A stretch of DNA of 64,000 bases, taken from positions 5,340 through 69,339 of the forward strand of contig NIVC01001288.1 in NCBI GenBank assembly GCA_002269645.1. The letters run 5' to 3'. This document shows positions 36,601 through 49,333 of this stretch, one piece after another; within the stretch, counting starts at the first letter, position 1; each line of letters begins with the position of its first letter. The position numbers were made by a program, and so were the translations under genes. Under the pieces are notes generated by a model. It saw only the letters and a list, made by a program, of their open reading frames with translations, was not told the origin of the DNA and made no database searches. The DNA is from Macrostomum lignano. Its lineage: Eukaryota.

Positions 36601-39346
36601 ACTCGTATTGCTATATATACACACGAATGCACTGTACTGCTTCTGCAGGAATGGTGTCAGGCCCAGCGGGTGGTGCTGTCCATTGATTGCCTTAGCAGCC
36701 GGGGACCTCCTCACCGGCCCACCTTCAAGTTCTGCGTCAGCCTTGACGGTTCTCCGCTATGCTCAGCCGAGGCAGGCAGCGTCCGCGCTGCTAAACAGCT
36801 CGTCTGCGCCACCGCTTTGCAGCGTCTGGAGACGGAAGGCCGCTTGCAGCCCCCGATGAAGCCGCTGTCGCCTGTCCGGGCTCAGCCCGAGGCTGTCCAT
36901 GAGCTTGCTGGGCTGGCTGACAAGCTAGACTGTCAAGGAGATGCCGTGAGTCTGCTTTCTGATGTCGAATAATGTTCTCCCAGTCTCTGCATCATATCGG
37001 TCTTCGCAAGCATGCAAAATAAACCCTGAATGCTTGACACCTTTGTGCTTATCATACAGGCTTATCATAAGCTGGCTTGGATTGAATTCTTAGTAGCGAA
37101 ATATTACTGTACTTAAATCCACAAGTATTCCCAATTATAATAATTGTATTATGATTATTATTATGATTACTTTCCCAAATATTTGCTAATTATTCGACGG
37201 TCGTGCATGTGCTGACTCAACTGGCACTGAGTGGGCTGTCACAAGTGCCAGATTTACTTTCAGGATTTCACCCGGGTTTTGGACCAAGGAGGCCACACGT
37301 ACTTTGATTTAGACGATACAATCTGTGAACTTGCCGTTCATGATTACTCTATTGTACTTTGTACTTACGAGCCCATAGGCTGCTGAAATTATTACCAATT
37401 CTTATTAACACATTTACTTCAAAGCCTGGTTTAAAATCTATCAACTGCTCGAATGCCCTACTGCGTAGCCCGCAGCAGCCGTGGACGCCCGCTGGCTGCA
37501 AGTTCTGTTGCGGAACCCAATCTCAGCCCTGACCGAGTGGTGCCAGTCCCAGGGCCATCGCCTCGACACTCCCAGCCTGGGCGCCACCGGACCGCCGCAC
37601 CGGCCCCGCTTTGCCGCTGCAGTCGACATTGACGGCCGACGCCTGTGCCAGGCGGAGGCTGCCACCAAGCGCGACGCCCGCCGTGACGCCTGCGACCGGG
37701 CGCTTCACCTGCTGGCCGCTGCCGGTCTTCTCAGCACCGCCTCTTCCACTGCTGCCGCCGACCTGCCCGATGCCACCATCGGGGACAAGGTGGCAGCCCT
37801 GGTTCACCGCCGCTTTGAGACCGCCGCCTTGGCCTCAGGGGAGTCGCTGGCCGGTCGAAAGGTGCTTGCTGGCTTTGCCTTGCTGTGGCCGGATGGCCAG
37901 CTCAGCCTGCTTAGCCTCGGAGTCGGCAACCGCTGCGTGTCCGGCGATTGCCTGGCCATGTCCGGCCGCGTCCTGCACGACTGCCACGCTGAGATCGTCG
38001 CCAAGCGGGCTCTGTTGCGCTTCTTCATCCGACAGCTGGCGCTGCTGACGGCTGGCCGAGCCACTGACGACGGAGATGAGGAAGGAGATGGGCCGCCTGC
38101 TTGCTGCTTCCAAGTGAGCAAAGCCTCTTGCACAGGATTGGCTGATAGTTCGTATAGATTATAATGGACCCTCAAAGTTAAATCGTTAGTGTTACATTGA
38201 GCCCCATCGCTAGTCACGGTTTTATGCGACCTTCGGGAATTTTCTGTTAGCTTGTTCTGCATTCAGTGATTTCTACTCTGGCTGGTAGTCCCCCGTGGTC
38301 TCCAGAAACCTTGCGCCTGGCTCATTAAACCTGACCTATTTTTTCTCCATCTCAGGTATCCGATGACGGACGAGCCCGCCTCCTCGATGGTTGCAGCCTC
38401 CACTTGTACATCAGTGCTGCGCCCTGCGGCGATGGCGCAGTTTACTGCCGCTCCAGCGACGCCCCAGCTCTTGACCCGCTGCCCGCTGAGTGGCACCGCC
38501 CCGATGAGATTCAGCGCTTCTCGCCTGCAGGCGGCCGCCTCCGCAGCAAGATGGAACGCGGTGAGGGCACCATTCCTGTTGATGATGAAGCATGCGGGGA
38601 TGCTGACTTCAGGCAGGCCTGGGATGGCTTGGCTGCTGGCCAGCGGCTGCGCACGATGTCCTGCAGCGACAAGATCGCGCGCTGGTCCCTTCTGGGTCTG
38701 CAGGGCGCCCTGCTCAGCCATGTGCTGCAGCCTGTGTACCTGACCTCCCTCACCTTGGGCACGCTGTATCATGCGAAGCACCAGGCTAGAGCTGTCTGCT
38801 GCCGCGCACACTGGGCTCTGGCTGCCGATTCAGCATCGCCAGCTCTGCCGGTTGGGTATCGGCTGACTCACCTGGATCTAAGTGAGTGATTTGTGTTGCC
38901 CTGGCTGCTTTTAGAGTTTGCTATTGGTACTCTTTTTCTTTTTTGTGGCGGGACTGGCAGGGTTTGTGCATGGTGCTTTATCTCCAGCCACCCGGCCCGC
39001 AGGTCAGCTGAGCAGAGGTGGTGTGGAGCGCGACACGGAGCGGACGAACTCGCACAGCTTGAATTGGTACCGGGGCAGCAGCCAGGTGGAGATCTGCGAT
39101 GCTACCCGTGGCCGCCCGCTTGGCACTGGGGATCAGGACTTTAGCCGGTTGAGCAAGTTCGCTATCTTCCGCGCATTCGCCGACGCCTCCGGCAAGCCCG
39201 CCTGGCGAACCTACGACCAGGCGAAGGCAGCTGCCGTGGACCACCAGACGGTCAAGCGGCAGCTGCTGGCGGCTCTCCAGAAGCGCGGTCTTGGCGCCTG
39301 GATCAGGAAACCAGCTGAGGTGGACACTTTTGAACTCGACTCATAA
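33684..39346 (+). CDS. ADAR: Double-stranded RNA-specific adenosine deaminase, ADAR1-type, ~989 aa
   Basis: Exons 33684-34539, 35384-35643 (distal acceptor), 36649-36945, 37469-38113, 38356-38881, 38961-39346, all phase-consistent. GCCACCATG context at 33684; an alternative ATG lies at 33651. Z-alpha (EVNRSLYGLHKAG..SPPQW), two dsRBDs (NAVSRLQEW.., NPISALTEW..) and a deaminase domain with CHAEI, APCGD, ERGEGT, TMSCSDKIARW, GLQGALL and WIRKP. The exon-1 donor A|GTATTC is weak. Confidence 0.95.
33940..34200 (+). repeat. Coding 36-bp VNTR (AA[L/F]PPA[E/G]CPASS, ~7 copies) in ADAR exon 1
   Basis: Seen in both the DNA and the translation. Confidence 0.95.
34573..35405 (+). repeat. 63-bp tandem array containing 13 copies of the ADAR exon-2 splice acceptor
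   Basis: CTCACCCGCCCCTCCCACAG ends at 34627 and then every 63 nt to 35383. The frame is open throughout (SLLRVYNQSIVSPAPPTGLQR). Confidence 0.97.
36017..36365 (-). mobile_element. tRNA-derived SINE in ADAR intron 2
   Basis: Homologous to 27758-28113, with B box GGCTCGATTCC and an A-rich tail. Confidence 0.8.
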
Positions 39347-39425
39347 TTGCCAGCTAAGTGACTGCTAAGTGATGTTCGTGTGGAGATCCCGCCCTGTTGA
39401 ATTATTTATGAGCCGTAATTACATG

Positions 39426-39928
39426 GCTGCCCTGTAATCTGAGGTATTGCTGAGCCGTGTGTGGAGAGGCTGCCCTGCAATCTGATGTATTGCTGAGCCG
39501 TGTGTGGAGAGGCTGCCCTGCAATCTGAAGTATTGCTGAGCCGTGTGTGGAGAGGCTGCCCTGCAATCTGAAGTATTGCTGAGCCGTGTGTGGAGAGGCT
39601 GCCCTGCAATCTGAAGTATTGCTGAGCCGTGTGTGGAGAGGCTGCCCTGCAATCTGAAGTATTGCTGAGCCGTGTGTGGAGAGGCTGCCCTGCAATCTGA
39701 AGTATTGCTGAGCCGTGTGTGGAGAGGCTGCCCTGCAATCTGAAGTATTGCTGAGCCGTGTGTGGAGAGGCTGCCCTGCAATCTGAAGTATTGCTGAGCC
39801 GTGTGTGGAGAGGCTGCCCTGCAATCTGAAGTATTGCTGAGCCGTGTGTGGAGAGGCTGCCCTGCAATCTGAAGTATTGCTGAGCCGTGTGTGGAGAGGC
39901 TGCCCTGCAATCTGAAGTATTGCTGAGC
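39426..39928 (+). repeat. 43-bp minisatellite (~11.7 copies) in the probable ADAR 3' UTR
   Basis: Unit GCCCTGCAATCTGAAGTATTGCTGAGCCGTGTGTGGAGAGGCT. Starts 80 nt after the stop; ATTAAA follows at 39932-39937. Confidence 0.95.
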
Positions 39929-40870
39929 TGAATTAAAGTTGTGTTTTTTGTTTAGATGAGAGTCAGAGAGGCTCTGAGATATGCATGGCAGCTCCCTATC
40001 CCAGAGTAAATTTTTATTTTGTACAGAGGGAATTCTGATTTTTAACTTCAATATTGAACTTCTCAATATTGAAAAATGGCCCGTGTCCTCTCTATAATCG
40101 GCTGTCAATCACAGATTGTTTATCGCTTTGTTTGTTAATTTTGCCTATTTAGTAAATTCGCCACATCCTGTTGCCAAAGGTCTGCGAGTTGCATTTAATT
40201 TTTAGCTGCAGGCTGCCTGCCATCATGGGGAGGGCACAGTCTGGTTTATGCGCCTGCATGTCTCGCTTAACTGTAAATCAAGAGTTCGTATTTAGTCTGC
40301 ATTCTTCATTTTGATTACTTAAAATTCAATAATAAACTAATTTAGCACAATCGCTGCATTTGTCCTTTTAATATAGCGGTAGCATTGCCATTATGTGCAG
40401 ATTGCGTCACTTCCACTGCTGAGAGTGGCAGCTGCTGAGACCTGTAATATAAGTATTAATATTAGTTAATATAGTTAATATAGTTAATATTAATATTAAT
40501 GTTTAGTGTTGTAGCACTGCGTGTTATCAGTGAGCTGCAGCACCTGCTGTTTTCTGTTCAATAAGAATTTAAGAATGCTCATCCAAAATTAAGTATAAAG
40601 GCCTGTATATTTGAGATTTGTGACAATCGGTAAACTACTTTAAGTAGAATCAAATTTTATAAAGAATTTAAGGCTTTGGGCTTTATTGTTTTAATTTTAT
40701 TTTCAAAAGCATTGTAGATTTTTTTCAGTTCACAGGCAAATATTCTTTTACTGTTAGTAGCCGCGCAGTAGACTGGCAATAAAATTCGCTCGTAGAAATA
40801 AGCGAGAATTGATTCGAAATCGCATGGAAAATATAGAAATATAAATAGGGCTTTGTGGCTGGCTGGCTGA

Positions 40871-41317
40871 TCAGCTGGTCCGCCTCAGTCTGTCCTTTGG
40901 CAGCTGGGCGAGCTGCTCCGCCCTGGTCTGATTCGCCACCCGCTGCTTTTGGAAGCGGCTCCGCTGTTCGTCCTGCCGGTCTTTGCTGAGCTGCAGCCGG
41001 GTGAACCGGTCCAGCTCCTCCTCATCCCGAACTCGCTGCAGGAATTCTTCCTGCTTGGGTGACAGCTCCGTGTTGGGGCAGGAGATGCTAACTGGCTGGT
41101 AGCCTGGCGGGGCCCTCTTCAGCCGCTGGCTCACTGAGGGGCAGCTGAGCCCGGACTCCAGTGTGGGAACCATCTGTGCCGACTGCCAGAACGTGTTGGC
41201 ATATGCAACTGTCTCTGCGGAGCTGCCGTCAAAGCGGATGACGGTCTGCCGCTTCCCGTGGTGCCGCTCGCAGCAGCTGCTGGTGCAACTGCAGTCAGAG
41301 TCGCTGTTGCTCATGCT
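40871..41317 (-). CDS. HOATZ: Cilia- and flagella-associated protein HOATZ (C11orf88-like), single coding exon
   Basis: VIRFDGSSAETVAYANTFWQSAQMVPTLESGL..SQRLKRAPP resembles the conserved HOATZ segment (F.G.S..D...A..FW.SA.M.P..ES.L..SQRL..A.P, recalled from memory), followed by a charged helical C-terminus. Start may be 41317 or the upstream ATG at 41386. AATAAA on minus at 40682-40687. Confidence 0.8.
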   Translation of the reverse strand, partial: SMSNSDSDCSCTSSCCERHHGKRQTVIRFDGSSAETVAYANTFWQSAQMVPTLESGLSCPSVSQRLKRAPPGYQPVSISCPNTELSPKQEEFLQRVRDEEELDRFTRLQLSKDRQDEQRSRFQKQRVANQTRAEQLAQLPKDRLRRTS

Positions 41318-41874
41318 GGTGAGCTGCTTTGCATTTAGTTTTGTGCGGCTTGAGTTGCAAAATGCAGCGAGAATGCGCGCCTTCAAATTTCTGCCAAGAG
41401 AGCGCTGCTCTCAGTTGTCAGGGGTAACGGCAGGGCGGTAGGTAGGAGTGGCGGGTGGAAAGGGGCAGAACGCGCGCTCATTCCTGCGTACCTGCTCACA
41501 ATAGCCTGGTGTACACCTGGCGCATAGCGTACACTTGTGCGGCTGAGGCTTCATGCTATTTTTTCAGCCTTAAACTTCTAAACTGCTAGGGCACTTCTAG
41601 AAATTTCTCGTAAAATTTTGTCCTTCGACGTCAGCTTGCTTAAGCTGTTCGGATAACCAAAATACATTGATAGCTGATGCTTTTGATGCTTTACTAAGAT
41701 TTTTTAATACAAAAATACATCCACTAAATTGATTTGTTGTCGGCATCTATTTTTCAATTACAAAGATACATGATGTACATCTAAGAACCTTGATGCAAAT
41801 CATCCTTTGTCTTTTCAGTATGAATGCAATGATCAACATATGAAGACAGTAAAAAAGTTTGTATTATTTATTAC

Positions 41875-41906
41875 GACTCGTTTCGCACGCCTAGGTGCAT
41901 CGTCAG
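41875..41906 (-). ncRNA. Minimal type I hammerhead ribozyme motif
   Basis: Minus strand AAUAC-CUGACGA-U-GCAC-CUAGGC-GUGC-GAAA-C-GA-G-UC-GUAAUAA: intact core, 4-bp stem II, and stem I of 3 bp, a mismatch and 3 bp. Confidence 0.75.
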
Positions 41907-42855
41907 GTATTAAGATTTGTTGAAAGAACGAATGATAGCAACAAATACATGGAATATCATACAGCTTTCTCCATATGTTGATCATTGCATGTATTCGTCC
42001 AACTAACGAAACAAGCAACTACCGAAATCTTTGAAACACTTGCCAGGAAAAATAATTAAGCATGTAAATGTATATCAAGTAATTCATTTTTAATACCAAT
42101 TATAGCAGTGTAGATCATGTGCCAATAATTATTACTTATATCTTATCTTAATCTTTAATCAAATTAGGTTCTTTTTAATCGAAATGTACATGTACATGTA
42201 CATGTAGCTTCGCTTTACGTCCTGAGCATATTTTAAGCATCTGGATCTACACTTGCTAAGTCTTGTTTCTTGTTTATGCTTTTCATAACTTTTTATGATT
42301 TTCGCATTAACATTCAGAAGCAATCATTATTCAATGCATATCTCCATAAGCCACACCCGAAAATGGAGAATTTTATTCTCATATAGTCTGCAAAAAGCAG
42401 CATCACCCCATTTTTTCTTACTTGCTTCTACCCAGATTTTCTGCACTCCGCCCTCACTCTGAGTGCGCGCTCATAATTCAAGCTCAAGCTCTTAATCTCA
42501 TTCCTTTCTCCTTCAATTTGTTTTTTCGTGTGAGACTGGGCCACAAAATAACGTACATGCTACTTTCGTCCCAGCAAAGGCCAACCATCTCTGGCGTTGC
42601 CCTGGTTGCGCTCGACTGCTACGGCTTTACTTAACATCTATCTAACCTTGCTATTTTCATTCGCCGGTTCTACGAGCTATATGTAGTGTGTATAATTTTT
42701 TTTAATCGTAGTCTGGGCGCACCCGAACTGGTGGGCATATCAGCAAAGAGCTGAATACACCCATAAAGCTTCCAGACGGAATCAAGCACTAATTGATCTA
42801 TTAATCTTTCAAATTAAAAATATTCTGAGTCGGAGCTACATAGAGATCGGGCAGC

Positions 42856-43974
42856 ATGATATCGGTAACAAGTCTGATGGAAAGCCTGGTGGCAGTGCGC
42901 ACCAAGCGTTGCCAAAGCCTGCTACAGCTGTCTCAGAAGCAATGGTCGGCCTGTCTGCTGCAGTTTGAGCAGCTGCAACAGCAGCTCTGCTGGTCAGAGA
43001 CTACTCACCGGGCGGATGTGCACCCGGTAATGCGCGAGTTCGGAATCTTCAGCGGGTACCGACACACTGGCAGAGGTTGGGGCTACTACCTACGCAGCGC
43101 CTTCCGCCTGCACAATGAGACTCTGAACTGGCTGAGCCACGCCCTGGGCAGTCTGCTGATCATCGGTCTCGGGGCCGTCCTCACACTAAGGCTTCCGGCC
43201 ACAGCCGACCCGGTGGATGTCCGACTGGCCTGGCTGTTCTGCCTTACCTCGGCACTGATGCACACCGTTTCCGCCCTTGCCCACCTGATGCACAACCACT
43301 CCGAGCTCTCTCACTGCCTGGTGTTTTTTGCCGACAACGCCGCTGTGGGACTCGCTAGTTACGTCATCAACTTGCTGGGCGTGGCCTTCTTCAGTTCGCA
43401 CAGCTACTACAGCTTCATCGGGCCGGCCACAATGCCCACGCTTGTTTTCGGCACAATCTGCATGTCGTCCGGCTTCAGCCTTGCACTGGCGGCCTATAGG
43501 CGGCGCTACAACCCCGCCACCAGCCTGCTCATGTTTGGTCCCTCCAGCTGCTTTCTGTTCTTTGGCCTGGCGCCCGTTATCGAGAGAAGACTGCTGAGTC
43601 CTGACGAGCCCGAAATGCTGGGAATGACACACTATTACTTGTTTTTCCTGGCCATTCTGTGCTATGCCACCTGCTTTCCGGAGTGTCTCTGGCCAGGCCG
43701 GTTTGACCTGCTGCTCCACAGCCACCAGCTTTTCCACTGCCTGGCCACGGCATCACACTGCATGCTCCTGAGCAGCGTGTTCAGTCTGATTTCCGATGAT
43801 AGTCCGCACCTGTTCAGCAAGCGCTCTAGCGAGTGGGTCTCCATGGAAACCGCATGCAGGGGCCTCGGCGTGGCTTTTGTATTCAGCGTGTGCATTGTGG
43901 CTCTCCTGGCCAAGGCCTTCCGCTACGACACCAGCTTCTCATCCAGAGCCTCGACGTGCTGCAAGGCAAACTAA
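42856..43974 (+). CDS. PAQR family 7-TM protein, membrane progestin receptor alpha/beta (PAQR7/8)-like, intronless
   Basis: 372-aa ORF with FREFGIFSGYR, HNETLNWLSH (ExxNxxxH), SALAH (SxxxH), FPECLWPGRFDL and HSHQLFH (HxxxH), plus seven hydrophobic segments. Confidence 0.93.
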   Translation: MISVTSLMESLVAVRTKRCQSLLQLSQKQWSACLLQFEQLQQQLCWSETTHRADVHPVMREFGIFSGYRHTGRGWGYYLRSAFRLHNETLNWLSHALGSLLIIGLGAVLTLRLPATADPVDVRLAWLFCLTSALMHTVSALAHLMHNHSELSHCLVFFADNAAVGLASYVINLLGVAFFSSHSYYSFIGPATMPTLVFGTICMSSGFSLALAAYRRRYNPATSLLMFGPSSCFLFFGLAPVIERRLLSPDEPEMLGMTHYYLFFLAILCYATCFPECLWPGRFDLLLHSHQLFHCLATASHCMLLSSVFSLISDDSPHLFSKRSSEWVSMETACRGLGVAFVFSVCIVALLAKAFRYDTSFSSRASTCCKAN

Positions 43975-45349
43975 ATTTCTTATTTGAAATTTTGTCTAAC
44001 TGCAAAAATTTGCTCCCCAGATCTATTAAAACAATTACAGCAGCTCATAAGTTTTTACACGCAACATGGGCCTCTCTTATTTGCCCACCTCCCACTTCTT
44101 GCCTGTTCCACAGTTTGTAGACGCAAAGTATCTTGCATGAGGGCCCTGTTTTTGTTTTAAAAATAGCATTGAAATGTAGATGATTATTAATAAGCAAACT
44201 GGAACAGCCTCCAATCAAACATGTGCACTGAAAGTTTTTGAAGTTATCCAAAATCGATTAGGAGACAATAACTTTACACGAGCGTAAATTAACGTACATC
44301 CTTTAACTTTCTTGTTTTTTCTACCTACACTCAGTATCAACAATGACTTTTAGCACAAAGTCACTCTTTTAGATATTTATCTACGGGTTCTATTAAATAC
44401 ACGATATCATGATAAATACTGCTACCGGATTGTGTATACATCGACTCGTAATTTATTCAAATCTTCACTTTTTTCGCGCACATTTACTTTTAGGTTTCAA
44501 CTTTCAATTTCAGATATATAAATTATTTTTTGGTCTAATTCTGTCCAGTACTCGTATTGTAATCGTAAACACGCAGATTAAAAAACTTTGGCAACAATTC
44601 GACGTCTGACTCGACGTATCCAACGTATCCGACGTCGATGGACGTCGCTGGCTAATGAGTATTTTAAAATTACAGAGACGTATAACGACGTCAAGCATCA
44701 GCAGAACGTCAGTATAATGTAAAAGTATCCATTCGCCGGCGATATCGATATACGTCGGAAACGTCGGATTGCTTTACGGGACTGTACATTCTGTAGCGTA
44801 ATGTACTGTATGACCGCGGGACCGTGGGTTGGTGTGAGCAAGAAAATAAGCGTGAGGAAACTCCTCTCTGGCATGCGCCCTGCCTTTATTACAAATTACT
44901 GTGTGGTTGGCACGACCCATAGAAATGCATGATCTATGGTGCAACCACCGCCAGAACATGTATGCGAAATCAAATACAAGTACAATACAGTACGTTTAAC
45001 TGCGTACTACGAGCATGTATGTGTGCTTCGTGCGTTGCGATCGATGTAGGCTACAGTTGATTCAGATGCCGCTGGCCACAGATGAACATCCACGCTATAA
45101 CGCTTCTGTAAGCCGGATGGTTTGTCAAAGGCCCCGTCGCCCAACGAGACACGGGCGCCCAACAAGAGACAAAATAAATGTTTTGCAAAGCTAAAAGTTT
45201 ATTAAAATAAAAATTCTATGCAGCTTTTACTTTAGGTCAAAAATTTTAAGTCCTGTTATTTTAATGTAATACTGGATAGGCCATCTGCATATCTTGTTAT
45301 GTTTTGCCTGTCTTTTTTTCGGTGCAATGTTCACAAATTGTCCTCTAGC

Positions 45350-45760
45350 TGGTCGGCTCACTGCAGGGTGATGATTTTTTGGATCTGCTTCCGATCCATG
45401 TGTCCATTAAGGGTCCATACCTCGGACCATCGCAAAGGTTAAGAATCCCTCTTCAGGTTGCACATTATTTGGATGTCGCTCTAGACTGGATTCGGTCCAA
45501 GCCATGTTTCAGTTTCTCTCTGCCTTCCCTTGCCTCTCGGGCTCCCCAGGCACTCGGAGGGGAGTGAGTCAGCCAACCACATAGCGCCTTCCTCTCCGTT
45601 GCTCCTCCTGGCTATTGCTACAAGACGGAGCGTGTGCGCCCTCCAGAGTCTCCCTTTATCAGTTGACTACAAATGTCTCACGTTACTGCATGGAGCCGGG
45701 AGAAAACTTTTGTGGCTGCTTTAGGGGCCAACTTTTTGCTGGCCCTGAATCACTGAAGCC
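45350..45760 (-). pseudogene. Degraded CR1/L2-like LINE fragment
   Basis: Minus frame with stops includes SPPSAWGA..LDRIQSRATSKIM, resembling the post-RT W..LE.IQRRAT motif. Confidence 0.4.
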
Positions 45761-48700
45761 AAGCAACCAACCAGAGATATCTGCCTGCTTTAAATTTAAG
45801 ACTTTTCATAAAAAGCATAGTAATGTGTGCTGTTAAAAATTCAGTTTTATTGAACTTTAATTCAAAGACCAAGTGGCCCTCAGTGTTCTACTAAGCACTA
45901 CCCTGAGATAGCTCGTAGCTGCTCGAGCAAGTAATTGCACCTCAGGTCGTTCGAGTTCAAAGTTTCCGTTGTAAAAAATTGTTCCTTCATACAAGCGCGG
46001 CGCATTTTTTTGTTTTTATTGTATTTTGCTTTATTTTATTGTATTTTACCACCTCTGAAATAAATTAAATATCTCCATGAGTCCGTGCAGTTGGACCCTA
46101 AACTTCGTTGGAAAGGTAAGAGAATATTAAGCCATAGTATCAGTTCTGGGGGATCCAGCAATCTAGCCATTGCATTATTTGCTTCACCCTTCACTATTTC
46201 CGAGCTCTTTCAACTCAACCAACCGACCAACATGGCAAATGAACTGAGGCTCTGTAAAGGCTGTAGCAAATCGAGACTTCGGCAAATCGGACCTCCAATC
46301 CGGCGGTCCTAAATGTTGCGCCTAAGTAATAGCAGGGTCCACAATAGCTCTCCACATGCACAATATTATCGCTTGAAGACAGATATACTGGGGAAGTGAG
46401 TCAGACAGACAAGGCCCCCTAACCAAGTTCGTCAAAGGAAGGCGGGATGTGCAATCGGGCCCCATATCCGTTGCGTAGCCCCAGCGCCCTTTTCTCGTCC
46501 AACCTCACGCAGCCAACAAATATCGATTTTTCACCTAGAGTTTCAGTTGCCGCATGCCTTCCAAGCCTCCTCTACCCTCACCTTTCTCTCATATTTCTTA
46601 CTCGGAACTGTGGAATCGATTTTTAAGCCAGCCACCCACCAATGACCGCGGTCTGGAAGGGGTCTACCGTGGCCTGTAAAATACTTGTAAAAGGAAGCAG
46701 CAGATTCCCCACAAGGCCTCCACTCCAGGCTTGGCTTGCTTCTCTTCTGATCGGCGCAGTTAGATGCAGTAAGTATGAGTATAACCACAGTGTACAATTA
46801 AAGCTCATGCCTGATGGGCCCAGGCGCTTCAAATGTCCACGTCCGATGCTTCCGGCGCACAGCGCTCATCACAGAGACGTGGTCAGTTGGAGCTCTGAAC
46901 GCCGTCAGACGAATTCAGCGACACGAGGAAACCCAGATTGGCAGCTGCAGCAGCCGATTCGGTGGGGCCTTGACGCGTGCAGCAGCCAGCGGGCGGTGAG
47001 GCCTCAGCTGTGTACACGTGAAGCGCCCTCATCGAGCTGCACAAATCATCTACAGTTTTACAGGCGTATTTCCCTGGTTAAGAGTTTTTAGCTAGCTGGA
47101 TACAAATTAAGTTCAGTAACTCTTAAACTTCTGGTGCTCGATAAACTGACGCATGCTCTACATAGCTCCAAAAATGCATTTAGTTTGTAACTGCCTGCGT
47201 GTTTGTGTCACATGTTACATGTATGTTGATAGCATTACCTGCATGTACTGTAAGTCTAATGAGACTGAAATAAATTTTGATTGGATCCGTGGATAAATAG
47301 AACATTTCTAATAAAAAAATTTGCATTTGCAACATGATAGCTTCTGAATTAGATTCAATTAGACAAGACAACTCTCTTAATTCAGCAAGTTGCACAATCA
47401 ACAGCGGTATACGTTTTGGCTCTCATTTTTGGTCATGAACCATCGGTATCATCAATATGCGTACATACTAAGGTAGTTAAACCTCCTGGCTTTGTACCAA
47501 TCTGGTGTGTATTCGTAAGACGGTTCGTTCCGTCTAATCGTATATTTGTGTTAACAAAAAGGAGCGGAAATTATTCGTTATCGTATGAGCCCTTGTCTCG
47601 CTCCGCTCGTTCGTTAGTTAATTCCATTTTCCCTAGTGCGCCCAGCTCTTTAGTAACTGTCTGGGTCTTCGAGAATTATGACCATAGATAGTTCAATCGC
47701 ATGCGTAAAAGCTCACAGTTAAAATCCATATCACAATCCTACATGTATATGTGACATACAAAAAATACCTGGCACGCAGATCAAATGTACAAACTTTATC
47801 CATGTAAACAACCTAAAAGTGAGATGCATTTAAATTCTGACGCAACCAAAATGTATTTGAAAGTCTGCGTTACCGCTGCGATTGAAGAATGATATTAACT
47901 TGATCTAGGCTCAAGTCGCATACCAAGTCAGTAATAATTACATTCCCTATCGAAAAATGAATTTAATCAAAAGTTTGTTTTCGAAAAACTGCTTATACTC
48001 GTTGTGACGTTGCTAGTTTAAATGGTCCCGCAAAAGGGCCGTTGGACTATAGTTTCCCTTGCAATTTCTCATTTTAATTTCTCCAATAGTTTATTTTAAC
48101 GTTTACTTATAGTAGCGTGCAAATAATCTGTATCAACTGCTAATTCACTGTGTATTTGGTAGGCCTTGCGCTCATCTGTGAATTTTGGCACGATCGATAA
48201 TTTCAAGTTCTCTCGCCAGCCAATGAAAACTCTCCGTGTTTTACGCTACCCCCTTTTGCGCTCTTTATTAACCCCCGCCTGGCGGCGGGCTGGGGGCCTC
48301 CTCACTTCGCGGCTCTTGTTTTCCTTCTCCTGCCTTCTGTCTCGAGCCTCCTTATCTCTCGCCACGGCTCCTCTGTCTGGGCCAGCCTGTTTACACTGCC
48401 TGCCACTGTCTGCCACGGCTAACGCCGATCTCACCACTACGCATCTGCCTCTTCTGTGCTCATCGCCGCTACTCACCACGTTGCATCGCCTTGCATCACT
48501 CGCCTACCACTCGACTACAATTTCTAATTCACCTTCAATTCAAAACCATTGTTGCAGCCGCCAGTGTCCCAAAAGCACAATACGAGCTAAGTTCTGTATT
48601 AGCATTAACCAAATTTGAATACTGATCTCAACAATAAAACAACTACGGCAGTTGCCTGCCTTGTATGCCAAGTGCTCCGCTACACAATCCGCTTATCAAG

Positions 48701-49333
48701 ACTTGACTCGATTCATTTTGGGACTACGACTTACGACAACTCTCGTAAAACGGCCCTTCTAAGGGTCATAGCCTCTACGCCAATAACGTGACACTCGTAT
48801 TCACGCTTTAAGAGAATATTCAGTGTATAATGCAGAAGGGTAAATAATAGACGTTCAGCAACAAATTCCGCCACTACACACGAGAATACGAGCGTACAGG
48901 GAAGTAAACTCCAGAGTTCTCATATATTTTTGCTTGCAGACATAAATACGCATTTAAGAAAAATTAGGACAGAAGATTGAGACGTGGAGAAGCAAGAGAA
49001 TTTTTTCAAAGCGATCGCAGAGATAAATAGGAGCAGCTTAAATACATATCGTGTGTGGCGGAGTACTTGTATTTAGGATTAGTTTTAATATTAAATAAAT
49101 AACTGTTGTAATAATAATTAATAAACTCGTGTATTATTTTGAACAAAACGAACTAATTTGAAATTTTCTTGTGGTTTGAACTCGAAAAACAAGTTTTTAG
49201 AAATAAAAATATTTTACGGATAGTTAAAAAGTGTTATCAAATTAACAAAACATGATAATCAGTACTAGCGAACGTTATAATTTCACGGCTAGAATATTGC
49301 GCTATAGCAACGCCAACGGTAGTAAATTCGGCA

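Noticed and set aside
4174-43974. ERICH6, HOATZ and a PAQR receptor as a functional sperm/cilia cluster
   Set aside because: Three loosely related genes interleaved with ADAR; no shared regulatory evidence in the sequence.
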